From Scyliorhinus canicula (taxonomy: Eukaryota), in the NCBI RefSeq assembly GCF_902713615.1, contig NC_052162.1, positions 125,574,653-125,638,652 of the forward strand: a stretch of 64,000 nucleotides of DNA, given 5' to 3'. Positions 1 through 11,238 of the stretch are shown here, in pieces; the stretch's first letter is position 1; every line of letters begins with the position of its first letter. The notes below the pieces were generated by a model. It was not told the DNA's origin, did no database searches, and was given only the letters and a program-made list of their open reading frames with translations. A program made the translations under genes and the position numbers.

Positions 1-169
1 TTTATGAGCCTCTTCCTTTGATCTAATGAATTTTTAATATTTCTTGTTCGCCACGGTTGCATCACTTTTCCTGTCTCAGATTCCCTGAGAGAGAAAGAGA
101 AGAGAGAACGAAATGCAGTCCTGGATGTAATTGAAGCAGAAACAATATCAGCAGAATCCATCACTGTAA

Positions 170-761
170 TCAATTGTGAACTTGTCGGTGTCTCAGCAGG
201 GACGAGGAAACACAGAATCCCTTCCCACACTGAGAGCAGGTGAACTAGCCTCTCCCCAGTGTGAACTCGCTGGTGTCTCCGCAGGCTGGATAACTCAGTG
301 AATCTCTTCCCACACTGAGAGCAGGTGAACGGCTTCTCTCCTGTGTGAACTCGCTGGTGTTTCTTCAGGCTGGATAACTCAGTGAATTCCTTCTCACACT
401 GAGAGCAGGTGAACAGCCTCTCCCCTGTGTGAACTCGCTGGTGTTTCTTCAGGCTGGATAACTTAGTGAATCCCTTCCCACACTGAGAGCAGGTGAACGA
501 CCTCTCCCTGGTGTGAATTCGCTGGTGTTTCTTCAGGCTGGATAACTGAGTGAATCCCTTCTCACACTGAGAGCAGGTATATGGCCTCTCCCCAGTGTGA
601 ACTCGCTGGTGTGTCTTCAGGCTGGATAACTCGGTGAATCCCTTGTCACACTGAGAGCAGGTGAATGGCCTCTCCCCAGTGTGAATGCGTCGATGAGCTT
701 CCAGCTCTGATGGAGTTCTGCATCCCTTCCCACAGTCCCCACATTTCCACCGTTTCTCCAT
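170..761 (-). pseudogene. C2H2 ZNF gene A: 6 intact fingers plus a 7th finger broken by a +1 frameshift
   Basis: ATG at 761 reads [13 protein letters not shown]...HRRIHTGERPF, followed by CSQC..HQRVH repeats. GAGAGGCTAGTTCACC at ~246 has one base more than the canonical GAGAGGCCGTTCACC. The ancestral stop (cf. gene D) is at 170-172, a span of 592 nt = 3n+1. The shifted frame stays open to the window edge, which explains its absence from the ORF track. Confidence 0.85.
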
Positions 762-1345
762 ATTTTGGGTTTCCTCGAGTCTCTCCAGGTCGGCCAATCA
801 GTTGAAGCCTCGTCCACACACAGAACACGTGTGCAGTCTCTCCCCGCTGTGAATGGTGTGGTGTTTTTCAGGCTGTGTAACTGGTTAAAGCTCTTTCCAC
901 AGTCAGTGCTCTGGAACACTCTCATTTGGGTGTGTGTGTCTCGGTGCTTTTCCAGTCACAATGATGTTTAAAATCTTTTGAAGCCAACAGGTTGGGCAAA
1001 CATTACTCCTTCTAGATAATGGCCAATGAAACGAGTGACTGTCAGAACGAGACGTGACGTTTAAGATTTCTGTCTGTAAATCCCATCCTTTTAACATCCT
1101 GTAAAAGCAGTTTACAAAAGACATGACAGTCAGTACAGGATAGAAATTCAGAACTGATTATTTTAAATTCTCTGGAACATTCTTTCGTCTCTCGTTCCCC
1201 AAAAGCTGTAAATCTCCATCCCACACACTCTCCCTCCATTCTCACTCTGCTGTATCTAATATTCACCCTCCCAATTCTCCTGAAGGTTCTGATTCAGGCT
1301 GATTGACAGATCCCTGCTCACTGCTTCCTGTCCTGGACACAGAGA
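762..1345 (-). other. Conserved ZNF 5' leader module of gene A (small exon, ~170-bp intron, fossil fingers, uORF)
   Basis: Homologous to 10660-11227, 23207-23818, 38805-39387 and 59741-60295. Has a GGAGG|GTGAAT donor, ACTGAC branch-like site, TTTACAG acceptor and degenerate finger codons. Confidence 0.8.
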
Positions 1346-1747
1346 TCATAACAAACAGGAGCTGTAGTCGGCCATTCAGCCCATCGAGCCTGCTTAACCA
1401 TTCAATGGGATCAGTGGCCGATCTACCTCAGCACCATTTTCCCACACTATCCCCCATCTCCCTCACTGTCTTCAAAATCCAGAAACCTGTCAATCTCTGT
1501 CTTGAAAATACTTGATGACTGAGGCCCCACAATCCTCTGGGGCAGAGAATTCCAAAGCTTCACTACATTGTCTTTAAATTCATTGAAGATCCCGGCCCCG
1601 TGTCACTGCCGTGTGGAGTCTGCACATTCTCTCCATGTCTGCATGGGTCTCACCCCCACAACGTAAAACGATGTGCAGGGTCAGTGAAGTGGCGATGCTA
1701 AATTTCCTCTTAATTGGAAAAAAGAATTGAGTCTTCTAAATTTTTTT

Positions 1748-2010
1748 TTAAATAAATGAATTTACGGGATTTGGGCGTCGCTGGTTCGACCAGTATTTGT
1801 TGCCCATCCCGAGTTGCCCTTCAGAAAGTGGTGGTAAGTGGCCTCCTTGCACACCCACTGTGCTGTTAGCGAGGGAGTTCCAGGATGTTGTCGCAGCGAC
1901 AGTGAAGGAACGGCGATATCTTTCCAAGTCGGTCTGGTGAGTGACTTGGAAGGGAACCTCCAGGTGGTGGGGTTCCCAGGTATCTGCTGCTCTTGTCCTT
2001 CTAGATGGCA
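1748..2010 (-). mobile_element. 3' end of a CR1/L2-group LINE
   Basis: Same 3' tail as 24130-24420 and 39780-40040. Confidence 0.7.
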
Positions 2011-2084
2011 GTGATCGCTTTGCTGAGCACTTTCGGTCTGTGCGCATTCAGGACCCTGACCTTCCCTTTGCTCGCCATTTTATT

Positions 2085-2310
2085 TATTTATATAAATTTG
2101 GAGTACCCAATTCATTTTTTCCAATTAAGGGACAATTTTACCGTGCCAATCCTCCTACACTGCACATCTTTGGGTTGTAGGGGCCAACGCCAAGCAGACA
2201 CGGGGAAAATGTGCAGACTCCACATGGTCATTGACTCAGAGCCGGGATCGAACCTGGAACCCCGGCGGCATGAAGCAGCAGTGATTAACCACTATGCCAC
2301 CATGCTGTCC
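2085..2310 (-). mobile_element. HE1/V-SINE-like tRNA-derived SINE
   Basis: tRNA-like head and V-domain core, flanked by near-identical ctcgccatttt/cttgccatttt TSD. Confidence 0.8.
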
Positions 2311-2789
2311 CTGCTTGCCATTTTAACACAAGACCCTGCTCCCACGCCTTCCCTTGACTTGCCCTTGCAATGTTCCATTGACGCTCAACACAAACTGGAG
2401 GAACAGCATATCATCCTCCGGTTAGGAACACTACAGCCTTTCAGTCTCAACATCAAATTCAACAACTTCAGATGATTAGCTCTACCCCACCTCAACCCCT
2501 TTAGTTTCATTCTATTTCATTTGAACTGTCTATTACCTTTTATTTCTTTCTTGTCTTTCTTATATATATTTCCCCCTCACTCTTTCCCCCTATCTTATCC
2601 CCCCTTTCTTTACCTTTTGTCCCATTTGCTTCCCCTCTTTTTCTCATTTCCCTCTCTCCCATCCATGCCACCCTCCCCCCACATCTACATCTGTCACAGC
2701 TTACCCTCTGATTTTAGTTTCTCTGCTGTTTCGGTCTTTCTCACCTTTTATTCGCTCTGGGGACTGCCATTATAATCTTTATTTTATTA

Positions 2790-3078
2790 ATAATCTTTAT
2801 TGTCACAGGTAGAATTACATTAACACTGCAATTAAGTTACTGTGAAAAGCCCGTAGTCGCCACATTCCGGCACGTGTTCGGGTACACAGAGGGAGAATTC
2901 AGAATGTCCAAATGACCTAACAGCACATCTTTCGGGACTTTTGGGAAGGAACTGGAGAACCCGGAGAAAACCCACACAGACACGGGGGAAAAGTGCAGAC
3001 TCCACACAGTGACCCAAGCCGGGAATTAAACCCGGGACCCTGCGCTGTGAAACCACAATGCTAACCATTGTGCTGCCC
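2790..3078 (-). mobile_element. V-SINE variant with alternative 3' tail
   Basis: V-domain plus the tail also seen at 26520-26695, 46083-46380 and 52220-52310. Confidence 0.75.
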
Positions 3079-3467
3079 TTCTTTTTCCTTTGTTTCTGTA
3101 CTTATGACTGATCTTTCTTTCCCTCGCCCTATGGTATAAATGTCTCCCACTTTCTATCCTTTTTAGCTTTGACAAAGGGTCATCTGGACTCAAAAACAAT
3201 AGCTCTTTTCTCTCCTCACAGGTGCTGCCAGACCGGCTGAGAATTTTCCAGCATTTTCTCTTCTGGAAATATATAATGTAGCTACAGTACGATGTTACAC
3301 AACTAGAAATAATAATAAATGTACTTTATTACAGAACCAATAATATATCTAATCTGTACAATATAACAACATTACACTTATTTCAATTAATTTACTGTCC
3401 CTTTACATGTCAGCCATCTCCTGGGGAAACCAGCCCTTTAATTGTGAACACTAGAAAATAGACCGTA

Positions 3468-4535
3468 TGGGGCAGCAAGGTAGCACAGTGGTTAGCCCAG
3501 TTGCTTCACAGCTCCAGGGTCCCAGGTTCGATTCACAGCTTGGTTCACTGCCTGTGCGGAGTCAGCATGTTCTCCCCGTGTCTGTGTGGGTTTCCTCTGG
3601 GTGCTCCAGAGAACATTACAGAGCAGTACAGGCCCTTCAGTCCTCGATGTTGCGCCGACCTGTGAAACCACTCTAAAGCCCATCTACACTATTCCCTTAT
3701 CATCCATATGCTTATCCAATGACCATACTACTCTCTGAGTAAAGAACCTACCTCTGACATCTGTCCTATAGCTATCTCCCATCAATTTAAAGCTATGTCT
3801 GAGGAAGTGAACAAACAAATATGATAGACAGTAGGGTTATTAATTAGAATAATGTAGATGATAGTGCAGGCCTGAGGGTAGTGAGTTCACAGACAGAGAA
3901 CAAAGGGATGAGCACAACATGGCTAGGAAGGGGGGAGGGGAGCTTTGCCTCGTGGAGGGAATGATGAAAAGGATGCTGGATAACAAGAGGCCCAGGATTG
4001 GGAAATGCGAAGTGAGCCAATCAGGATATATGGCCAGGTCAGAAGGTGTATAGAATGACCTATGGGAAGCTTGTATGCGAATCTTGATGTGATTTGAACT
4101 ATATGTGCTGTGATTTCTTTGTGTTCTCTCTCACTTGCTTTTGGGAGCTTAGAAGACGGCTGTGTGTTCTGAGGTCCTACAAGTGAGTCAGCCTTGCAAG
4201 CTGGTTAAAATAAACAATAATTGATACATGCAAATCCGTCTCAAATTTTATTGAGCCCAGACTGGCAGCAAAAGAATCAGGGATTGTCATGTCCCCTCGT
4301 GCTAGAAATTACCATCCGAGGAAAAAGGCTCCCATGTCCTCCAGTTTCCTCTTCCAATCCAAAGATGTCCAAGTTAGGTGCATTGGCCATGATAAATTGC
4401 TCTTTGTGTGCAAAAAAGTTTCGGTGAGATTACTGGGTTAGGGGGATGCGTTGGGCTTAAGTAGAGTGCTCTTTCCAAGGGCTGGTGCAGAGTCAATGGG
4501 CCAATTGGCCTCCTTCTGCACTGTAAATTCTATGC
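3468..4535 (+). mobile_element. HE1/V-SINE split by a CR1 3' fragment (3610-4338, - strand, TSD CTCCAG)
   Basis: SINE halves at 3468-3609 and 4339-4535. The uninterrupted paralogous SINE is at 40325-40655. Confidence 0.85.
3800..4289 (+). mobile_element. Solo LTR (490 bp, TG...CA, 4-bp TSD TGTC)
   Basis: TGTC at 3796-3799 and 4290-4293, with the host CR1 continuous across the site. CCAAT at ~4017 and AATAAA at ~4209. Confidence 0.85.
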
Positions 4536-4615
4536 ATCGTTTTAGCCAGACAAATAAATGTGTCAAGCTGAGGGAGCAAAGCGTGTCAATGTCTTTAAGA
4601 GAGAGAGAGAGAGAC

Positions 4616-5060
4616 CTGGGCCAAGCTTTGCAGAGTCTGCACCCTCCCTGGATTCACTTCCTTTCCCTTCATTTGCTGCAAGTGACCAATTGAAGGTGAG
4701 AATGAGAAGAGAAATGAAAGTGTTTTACTCACAGATGTTGGGCACAGCAGGATTTTTCAGTCTGTATGAAGCTGAAACGTGGTTAACACAAAGTCCACGC
4801 TCTGATTGGCTGGAGGACCAGAGTCCTTCCGGTCCTCCAACTCTTCTCATTGGTTGCTGGCCGACAGAAAAATTAGGCAACGGATGTGACGTCATGATGA
4901 ATGCCCTTTTGACCTCAATAGGAATAACCGCCACTGCTCATGCGCAGAACTTCCTCTCCTTTGGACATGCGCAGTACCGGCCTGTCCCGCGCCCGGTGAA
5001 TAGAGCGGTTTCTCCAGGCGATTGGCATTATGGGTCATTCAGCCGCCATTAACTCTCGTC
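4616..5060 (-). promoter_or_regulatory. Putative promoter, first exon and 60-bp second exon of ZNF gene A
   Basis: Two CATGCGCAG (NRF1-like) motifs, TGACGTCA at ~4887, several ATTGG/CCAAT boxes and GCCGCCAT (YY1-like). T|GTGAGT donor at 4732 and TTGCAG acceptor at 4676. Homologous to 25639-26230 and 40730-41180. Confidence 0.65.
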
Positions 5061-7714
5061 AAACCAGTCTCCAAACCCCTGGGATTGGGATGAAAGTGGG
5101 AGTGGGGGGCAGTGACCCCATTCCGGACACAAAGTACATGTCACTACGTTTGATTGGGTTTGATTCTGACGTCCCCCGTAGAAAACAGTTTGTTAACTTC
5201 AGACACCTGGGTGACATATTGGGGAGGGCAATAGCTGAGAGTGAAGCTGAACCCAAGAGTCAGCCCTTTCAGGGGAGGAGGATTGTGGGAAAAGCAGAAG
5301 GATAGAGGGATGAATTAGTGTTACAATCAATAGGGAAGGAGTGTGTGGAGGCAGAGACAGAACGAAGCAGTGCTTTCTATCACATGAGCTTGGACAATTT
5401 TATCAAATCATTTGTGAAATCTGGATTTCCAATGTCCCTGTGAAACACCTTGGGATGTTTAATTACATTAAATGTGTTGTATAAATGCGTATTAATCTGT
5501 TATTGAAGGCTGTCACTTGGGCTCCTCCACTACCCAGAACACCAAGTCCCCGATCATTGGCACTCTGATTAACCAGTTTATTCACACAGATCCGACCAGC
5601 TCACCCAATCTCAGTGAATCTGCTGTTCTCGGGCTCCCTTGTAACTCCATCCCTGCTCTCACTGCGCTGAGTTCAAGTGTGAACAAAGCATTTTTGTCTT
5701 TAGATTTTAAGTGTGAGAGGTTAAACCTATCAGGAGGCGATGCATAGGCCGGGTCACTGCTCTCGTCAAAATACAAGACTCAGGAGCTAATGGAGGGCTG
5801 TAAATTATGAAAGATTTTGATGCACATGAAGAATGTTTTCTCTTGTAATGGTAAGACAAAAACTAGAAGCTATGAATGTGAGACAATCTAATCAGGAATT
5901 CAGGAGAAGCTTCTTACCCAGAGAGTGGTGGAAATGTGGAACTTGCCACCTGAAGGATTGGTGGAGGTGAATAAGGCGCGAATGGGACTGAATGGATGAT
6001 TTACACAGGGTTAGCATGGACTCGATGGGTAGAATGGCCTCCTCCACTGACCTAATGACTCTCTGTCGATTGTTACCATCGCTGTAGAGATTGATAACTT
6101 ATTAAATGACAGGAATCTCCAATGGTAGAAAACCATGGACAAAATTTCACATTTTCAAACTTTCACTCAACAAAGCAAATAAAATCGACGCAAACCTGAA
6201 TTAACAGGGACTGGATATTTCACAGAACAAGAGAAATTTCACTTTAATAGTCAGTACAACAAAGATACATTCCATATTGTTCTGAGCCCTCACATTACTT
6301 CCTGTAGAAATGTTGCACCATGGACAATCTCACAGTCTTCCCAATCTCCCTCTGCAATGTCGGATCCCTCACTTCCCACCCAATGGACTTGGCCTTCGAG
6401 TCACTTCCACCAAAAGCCGCATTCTAGCCAAGATCCGTGAATATTGTGAACACCAACAAAGTGCACGTCTGTAAATGCTCCCTGTCGGGTTCTGACGCTC
6501 TTATGTCCCCAGAGACTCCATTTTTGGATCTCTTTAAACAGTATGGTTGGATTTCGCATAACTGAAATAGAAGCAAGTGGTGTTTTCCGATCCACAACCC
6601 CCTGCTCTCCTAGCCTTCAGCTAGCTGTCCTTTCCAACTGTGTAACACACGACGTAACACACGACGTAACACAGTCCCTGCTGTATTCTCAGTGCACTGC
6701 TTCAACACCCAGATCTGTTGGAAGCTCCACGCTCTGTTTTGAACTGCAGGTTTCCTTATTAACTGTGTCTGTCCTTTACCCCCAGCAACCGAACCTGCTT
6801 CAGTGGGACGGAAAGTGTAACTGAATTTAGGATGATCTGTCTATTCAGTCTTGGCTTCTTCAGCTTTACGTTCCCACAGCAACATCAGGTCACATGGTCA
6901 TTTCTTGGAACTGATGACCTCAGAACCAAGAAATCAATTCCTCTCCTTCAGAAGAATCTCCAGTTTCACTTTGGGTCTTAAAGGGTTCATTGCACAAAAA
7001 GTCTTTCCCCAAAATAATAATAAAACTATACTAATAATTATTATTAATCTTACTATTAAATTATTAAAGGTGTTTCCCAAAGTACCTGGGTCATCACATG
7101 CCCTCCCATCCCCAAGGAATAAAGCTTCTGAAGTAAGCATGTTTTCAGAATCCTTTCATGCTACAACACATGTGAACATTATAAATACTGTAACAATGTC
7201 TTTATTACACACTGTTCAGGTAATGGTTTCTCTTTTTCCCATTTTACAATGAAACATATCACATTGGCAATACTATAAGCTTAACCCTGAACAAAACTAA
7301 CCCAATGTGACAATGAGGTTTGAAAGTTCAGCCTGCTCGAGAGTCCCAGTGCTCTTGTCAACAAGAGTTCACTTTACTATTGGTTGATTCACTTTCTTTG
7401 AACCTTCCCAAGAGATCTCCTTGCCCACTCACACAGTCTTCCCAGTTTTCCTTTGTTAAGAGGTTGTGCTTCCTGTTGCTGTAAAAAATTCCGATTGGAT
7501 TGTGGACAGTCTGGACCCTGGGATAAGATTTGTGATGGCTTCAAAGGTTTTCCATATCTGAGGTCAGGTTAACTTGGTCAGGACCACACTGCTGATTGCT
7601 GGCGATCGATCTGGATTTTGAGAGCTGCCTGTGAGGAATTGGACTCTGAGAGGAAATTCCGTCATGTTGCTTTTTCCCTCTGAGTTCAGCAATTTGTGTG
7701 GACGGTGGGATCTG

Positions 7715-9263
7715 TGTACACAGCGGGATACAGTCGGGAGGGAGTGACCTGAGAGTTCTCAACATTGACTCGACCCCAAGAGGTCTCGTGACATCGGGTA
7801 AAATATGGGCAAGGAAACCTCCTGCTGATTATCACCTACCGCCCCATCCCGCTGGTGAATCAATATTCCTTAATGCTGAACATCACTTTGAGTCAAGGAC
7901 ACAGAATGTATTCTGGGTGGGGGACTCCAATGCCCATCACTGGCTCAGTAGCTTCACTACTCAGTGAGCTGGCTGAGTACTAAAGGACACAGCTGCTCGA
8001 CTGGGCCTCCAGCAGGTGGATGAGGGAAGTAACAAGAGGGAAAAACCTCCTGAACTTCATCCTCACCAACGTTCCTATTGCAAATAGATCCGTCTGTGAG
8101 AGTATTGGGAGGAGTGATCATCACACAGTTCTTGAGCAAAGTATGATCTTCACATGGAGAATAATGCCCCCCCCCCCCCCTCCCCCACATTTGTGTTGTG
8201 TGGCACTGCCACTGTGCTACATGGGATAGATTTCAAACAGATTTAGCAACTCAAAACTGGGTATCCATGAGTCGCTCTGGACCAGCAGCAGCAGAATTGA
8301 ACTAAATCACAACCTCCTGGCCTGGTATATCCCCCACTCTACCATTAAGATCAAGCCAGGGGATCAACCCAGTTCGATGAAGAGTGCAGGAGGGTATGCT
8401 AGGAACAGCACCAGCCAAACCTGAATATGAGGTGTCAACCTGGTGAAGCTACAACACAGGACTCCTTACCTGCAAACAGCAAAAGCAACTTGTTATAGAA
8501 AGGGCAAAGAGACCCCACAACCAAGGGATCAGATCTAAGCTCTGCAGTCCTGTCACACCCACTGGGAATGGTGATGGACAATTAAACAACTAACAGGAGG
8601 AGGAGCCTGCACACATACCTCCATCCTCAATGATGAGGGAGCCCAGCACTTCAATATAAAAGACAAGGATGAAGCATTCACAATAATCTTCAGCCAGAGG
8701 TGCCGCATTGATGATCCATCTCCACCTCCTCCTGAGGTCTCAAACATCTCAAACGGCAATCTTCAGTCAATTCGATTCACTCAGAAACTGAACTGAACCA
8801 GCCATATCAATACTGTGGCTACAAGAGTAGGTCAGAGGCTGAGAATCCTGCAGTGAGGAACTCACCTCCTCACTCCCCAAAGCCTGTCCACCATCTGCAA
8901 AGCACAGGTCAGGGGTGTGATGGATTATTCTCACTGTCTGGATGAGTGCGGCTCCATCAACATTCAGGAAGCTCGACACCATCCAGTACAAAGCAGACCA
9001 CTAGTTTGGGACCCAATCCAACACCTTCAACACTCACTCCCTCCACCACCATCACACAGTGGCAGCAGTGTGTGTACCACCGACAAGATTCACTGCAGGA
9101 ATTCACCATGGCTGTATCACCAGCAACTTCCAAACCCACAGCCTCTGCCACCTAGAGAAGGACAAGAGCTACAGACACACAGGAACACCATCATCCGCAA
9201 ACTCCCCTCTGAGCCACACATCATCCTGACTTGGAAGCATATCGCCGTTTTTCACTGTCGCGA
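7715..9263 (+). mobile_element. Decayed CR1/L2-group LINE ORF2 (EN to 3' region, internally deleted)
   Basis: EN-like motifs (WVGDSNAHH, TRGKNLLNFILTN, GRSDHHTV). Same family as 24130-25500. Confidence 0.7.
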
Positions 9264-9269
9264 GGTGAA

Positions 9270-10160
9270 ACCCTCGAACATTATTAAGGAAGTAATAACA
9301 GGACATTTGGAAAGTCAAAACACAATCCATCAGAGTCAGCATGGTTTTATGAAGGGTAAATTATGTTTGACTAATTTGCGAGCGGTCTCCGGAGGTGTAA
9401 GAAGCCAAGTAGAGAATGGGGATCCTGTAGATGTAGTATCTCTGGACTTCCTGAAAGACATTTGATAAGGTGCCATAAAGAAGGTTAATGAACAATGTTC
9501 GATCACACGGGATTCGGGGTAATTTATTAGCTTGGATAGAAGATTGACTGACGGACAGAAGACAGAAAATCAGGAAGAATGGGTCTTTTTCTGGATGGCA
9601 AGATGGAACTATTGGAGTGTCACAAGGTTCAGTCCTTGAATCCCAGCTATTTACAATCTATATCAATGACTTGGATACAGGGAATAGATGGTTCTGTAGC
9701 CACATTTGCAGATGGCACTACAATAGGTGGGGCAGTAAGTTGCAATGAGGAAATAAGACCCTTACAAATGGATATAGATAGGTCAGGTAAGTAGGTCAAT
9801 ATGTGGCAGATGGAGTTTAATGTGGATAAGTGTGCGGTCATCCATTTTGGTCAGAAAAATGGAAACACAACTTATTATCTAAATAGAGAGAGACTTTGGG
9901 GTGCTCCGGTGCAGAGGGATCTGGGTGTCCTTGTGCACGAATCGCAGAAAACTAGCATGGAGGTATGGCAGGTAGTAAGGAAAGTGAATGGAATGTTGGC
10001 ATTTGCAGCTAAAGGCACAGAGCATAAAGGTAAGGAAGTGTTGTAACTGTACAAGGCATTGGTGAGACCGCACCCTGGAGTACAGTGCACAGTTTTGGTC
10101 CCCTTATTTGAATAAAGGTGTGGTGGCATTGGAGACAGCTCAGAGGATGTTCCTCGGAAC
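9270..10160 (+). mobile_element. CR1 LINE RT fragment
   Basis: SQHGFMKGKLCLTNL, FADGT and WQMEFNVDKC motifs with stops. Confidence 0.85.
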
Positions 10161-10444
10161 ATAGAAATTAGGAGTAAGCAATTCAGCCCCTCGAGCCTGC
10201 TCCGCCATTCAATCAGATCATGGCCGATCTTTTCCTGGTCTCAAATCCACTTCCCTACCTGTTCCCCATATCCCTTTAACCTGTTTTTTAAATCAGAAAT
10301 ATATCTATCTCCCTCTTGAAACCATTTAATGATTCAGATTCCACCGCACTATGGGGCAGCAAGTTCCACAAATTCACCATCCTCTGCGAGAAGTAGTTTC
10401 TCTCCATCTCATTCCAAATTTACCGACTCTCAACCTATATCTGA

Positions 10445-11227
10445 TCTTCAATTGGTGACTTGCAACATCCAAAGGAAAAGAAAGTGAATCCAGGGAGGGT
10501 GCAGAGCCTCGATGATTCTGTTCTGATACTGTATAAGTATTGAGGATTTCTGTTGTTCAGTGGAGAAGGTTTACTCCCCGCCGGCATAATCATTAAATGT
10601 TTGAAGTTTGGAGCAGACCTGAAAGAGTGATTCTTTCCGATTCATTCCCGCTAACAGGAGATTTTCAGGTTTGGAAAGAAAGGGATCAGCATGGATCCGT
10701 CAAATTAGTTTGAATCGACACCTTCAGGAGAATTGGGAGGGTGATTATTAGACGCAGCAGAGTGAGAATGGAGGGAGAGTGTGTGGGATGGAGATTTACA
10801 GATTTTCGGGATCGAGAGAGGAAAGAATGTTCCAGAGAAACTAGAATTGTTTGTTCTGAATTTATATCCTGTACTGACAGTGATGTCTTTTGTAAACTCC
10901 TTTTGCAGCCTATTACAATGTGAGATCTATAGACAGAAATCTCACACCAAATGTCACGTCAAGATCTGACAGAGTCACTCAATTCACCGGGACCCGAATA
11001 TCATCGGCTTTTGCATCTCGAAGGAGAAATGACTGGAAAAGCACCGAGACATACACATCCGAGTGAGAGTGTTCCAGAGCACTGACTGTGGAAAGAGCTT
11101 CAACCAGTTACACAGCCTGAAAAAACATTGCACCATTCACAGTGGGAGAGACCGTACGCATGTTCTGTGTGTGGGATAAGTCTTCAACTCATCAGCGATC
11201 TTCGATGGTAACAAGGACACCTGCACC
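10445..11227 (+). other. Diverged ZNF leader module of gene B
   Basis: Exon-2 homologue at ~10463, GGAGG|GTGATT donor at 10741, TTTTGCAG acceptor at ~10908, and fossil fingers. Confidence 0.75.
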
Positions 11228-11238
11228 ATGAAGAAACC

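Larger units (their letters stand above)
2013..3265 (+). mobile_element. Penelope-like element 3' remnant (GIY-YIG C-terminus plus pLTR), interrupted by two SINEs
   Basis: Translates DRFAEHFRSVRIQDPDLPFARHF...KLEEQHIILRLGTLQPFSLNIKFNNFR*, typical of the end of PLE endonucleases. Followed by a pyrimidine-rich UTR and a degenerate hammerhead-like motif. Confidence 0.75.
1..7704. repeat. Segmental duplication copy 1 (paralogous to ~37625-45447)
   Basis: Colinear high identity by eye across the ZNF 3' flank, leader, shared SINE/CR1 insertions, promoter and the 6000-7700 unique block. Confidence 0.95.

Noticed and set aside
798-800. Selenocysteine or readthrough at the conserved TGA
   Set aside because: The upstream frame is broken by different frameshifts in each paralogue, gene D has TAG immediately after the TGA, and no SECIS was recognised.
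903-1266. Recurrent short ORFs such as MEGECVGWRFT and MSFVNCF
   Set aside because: Translations of the duplicated leader intron, with inconsistent lengths between copies.
4558-5305. Plus-strand ORFs over the promoter
   Set aside because: Frames are not maintained in the duplicate at 40680-41330.
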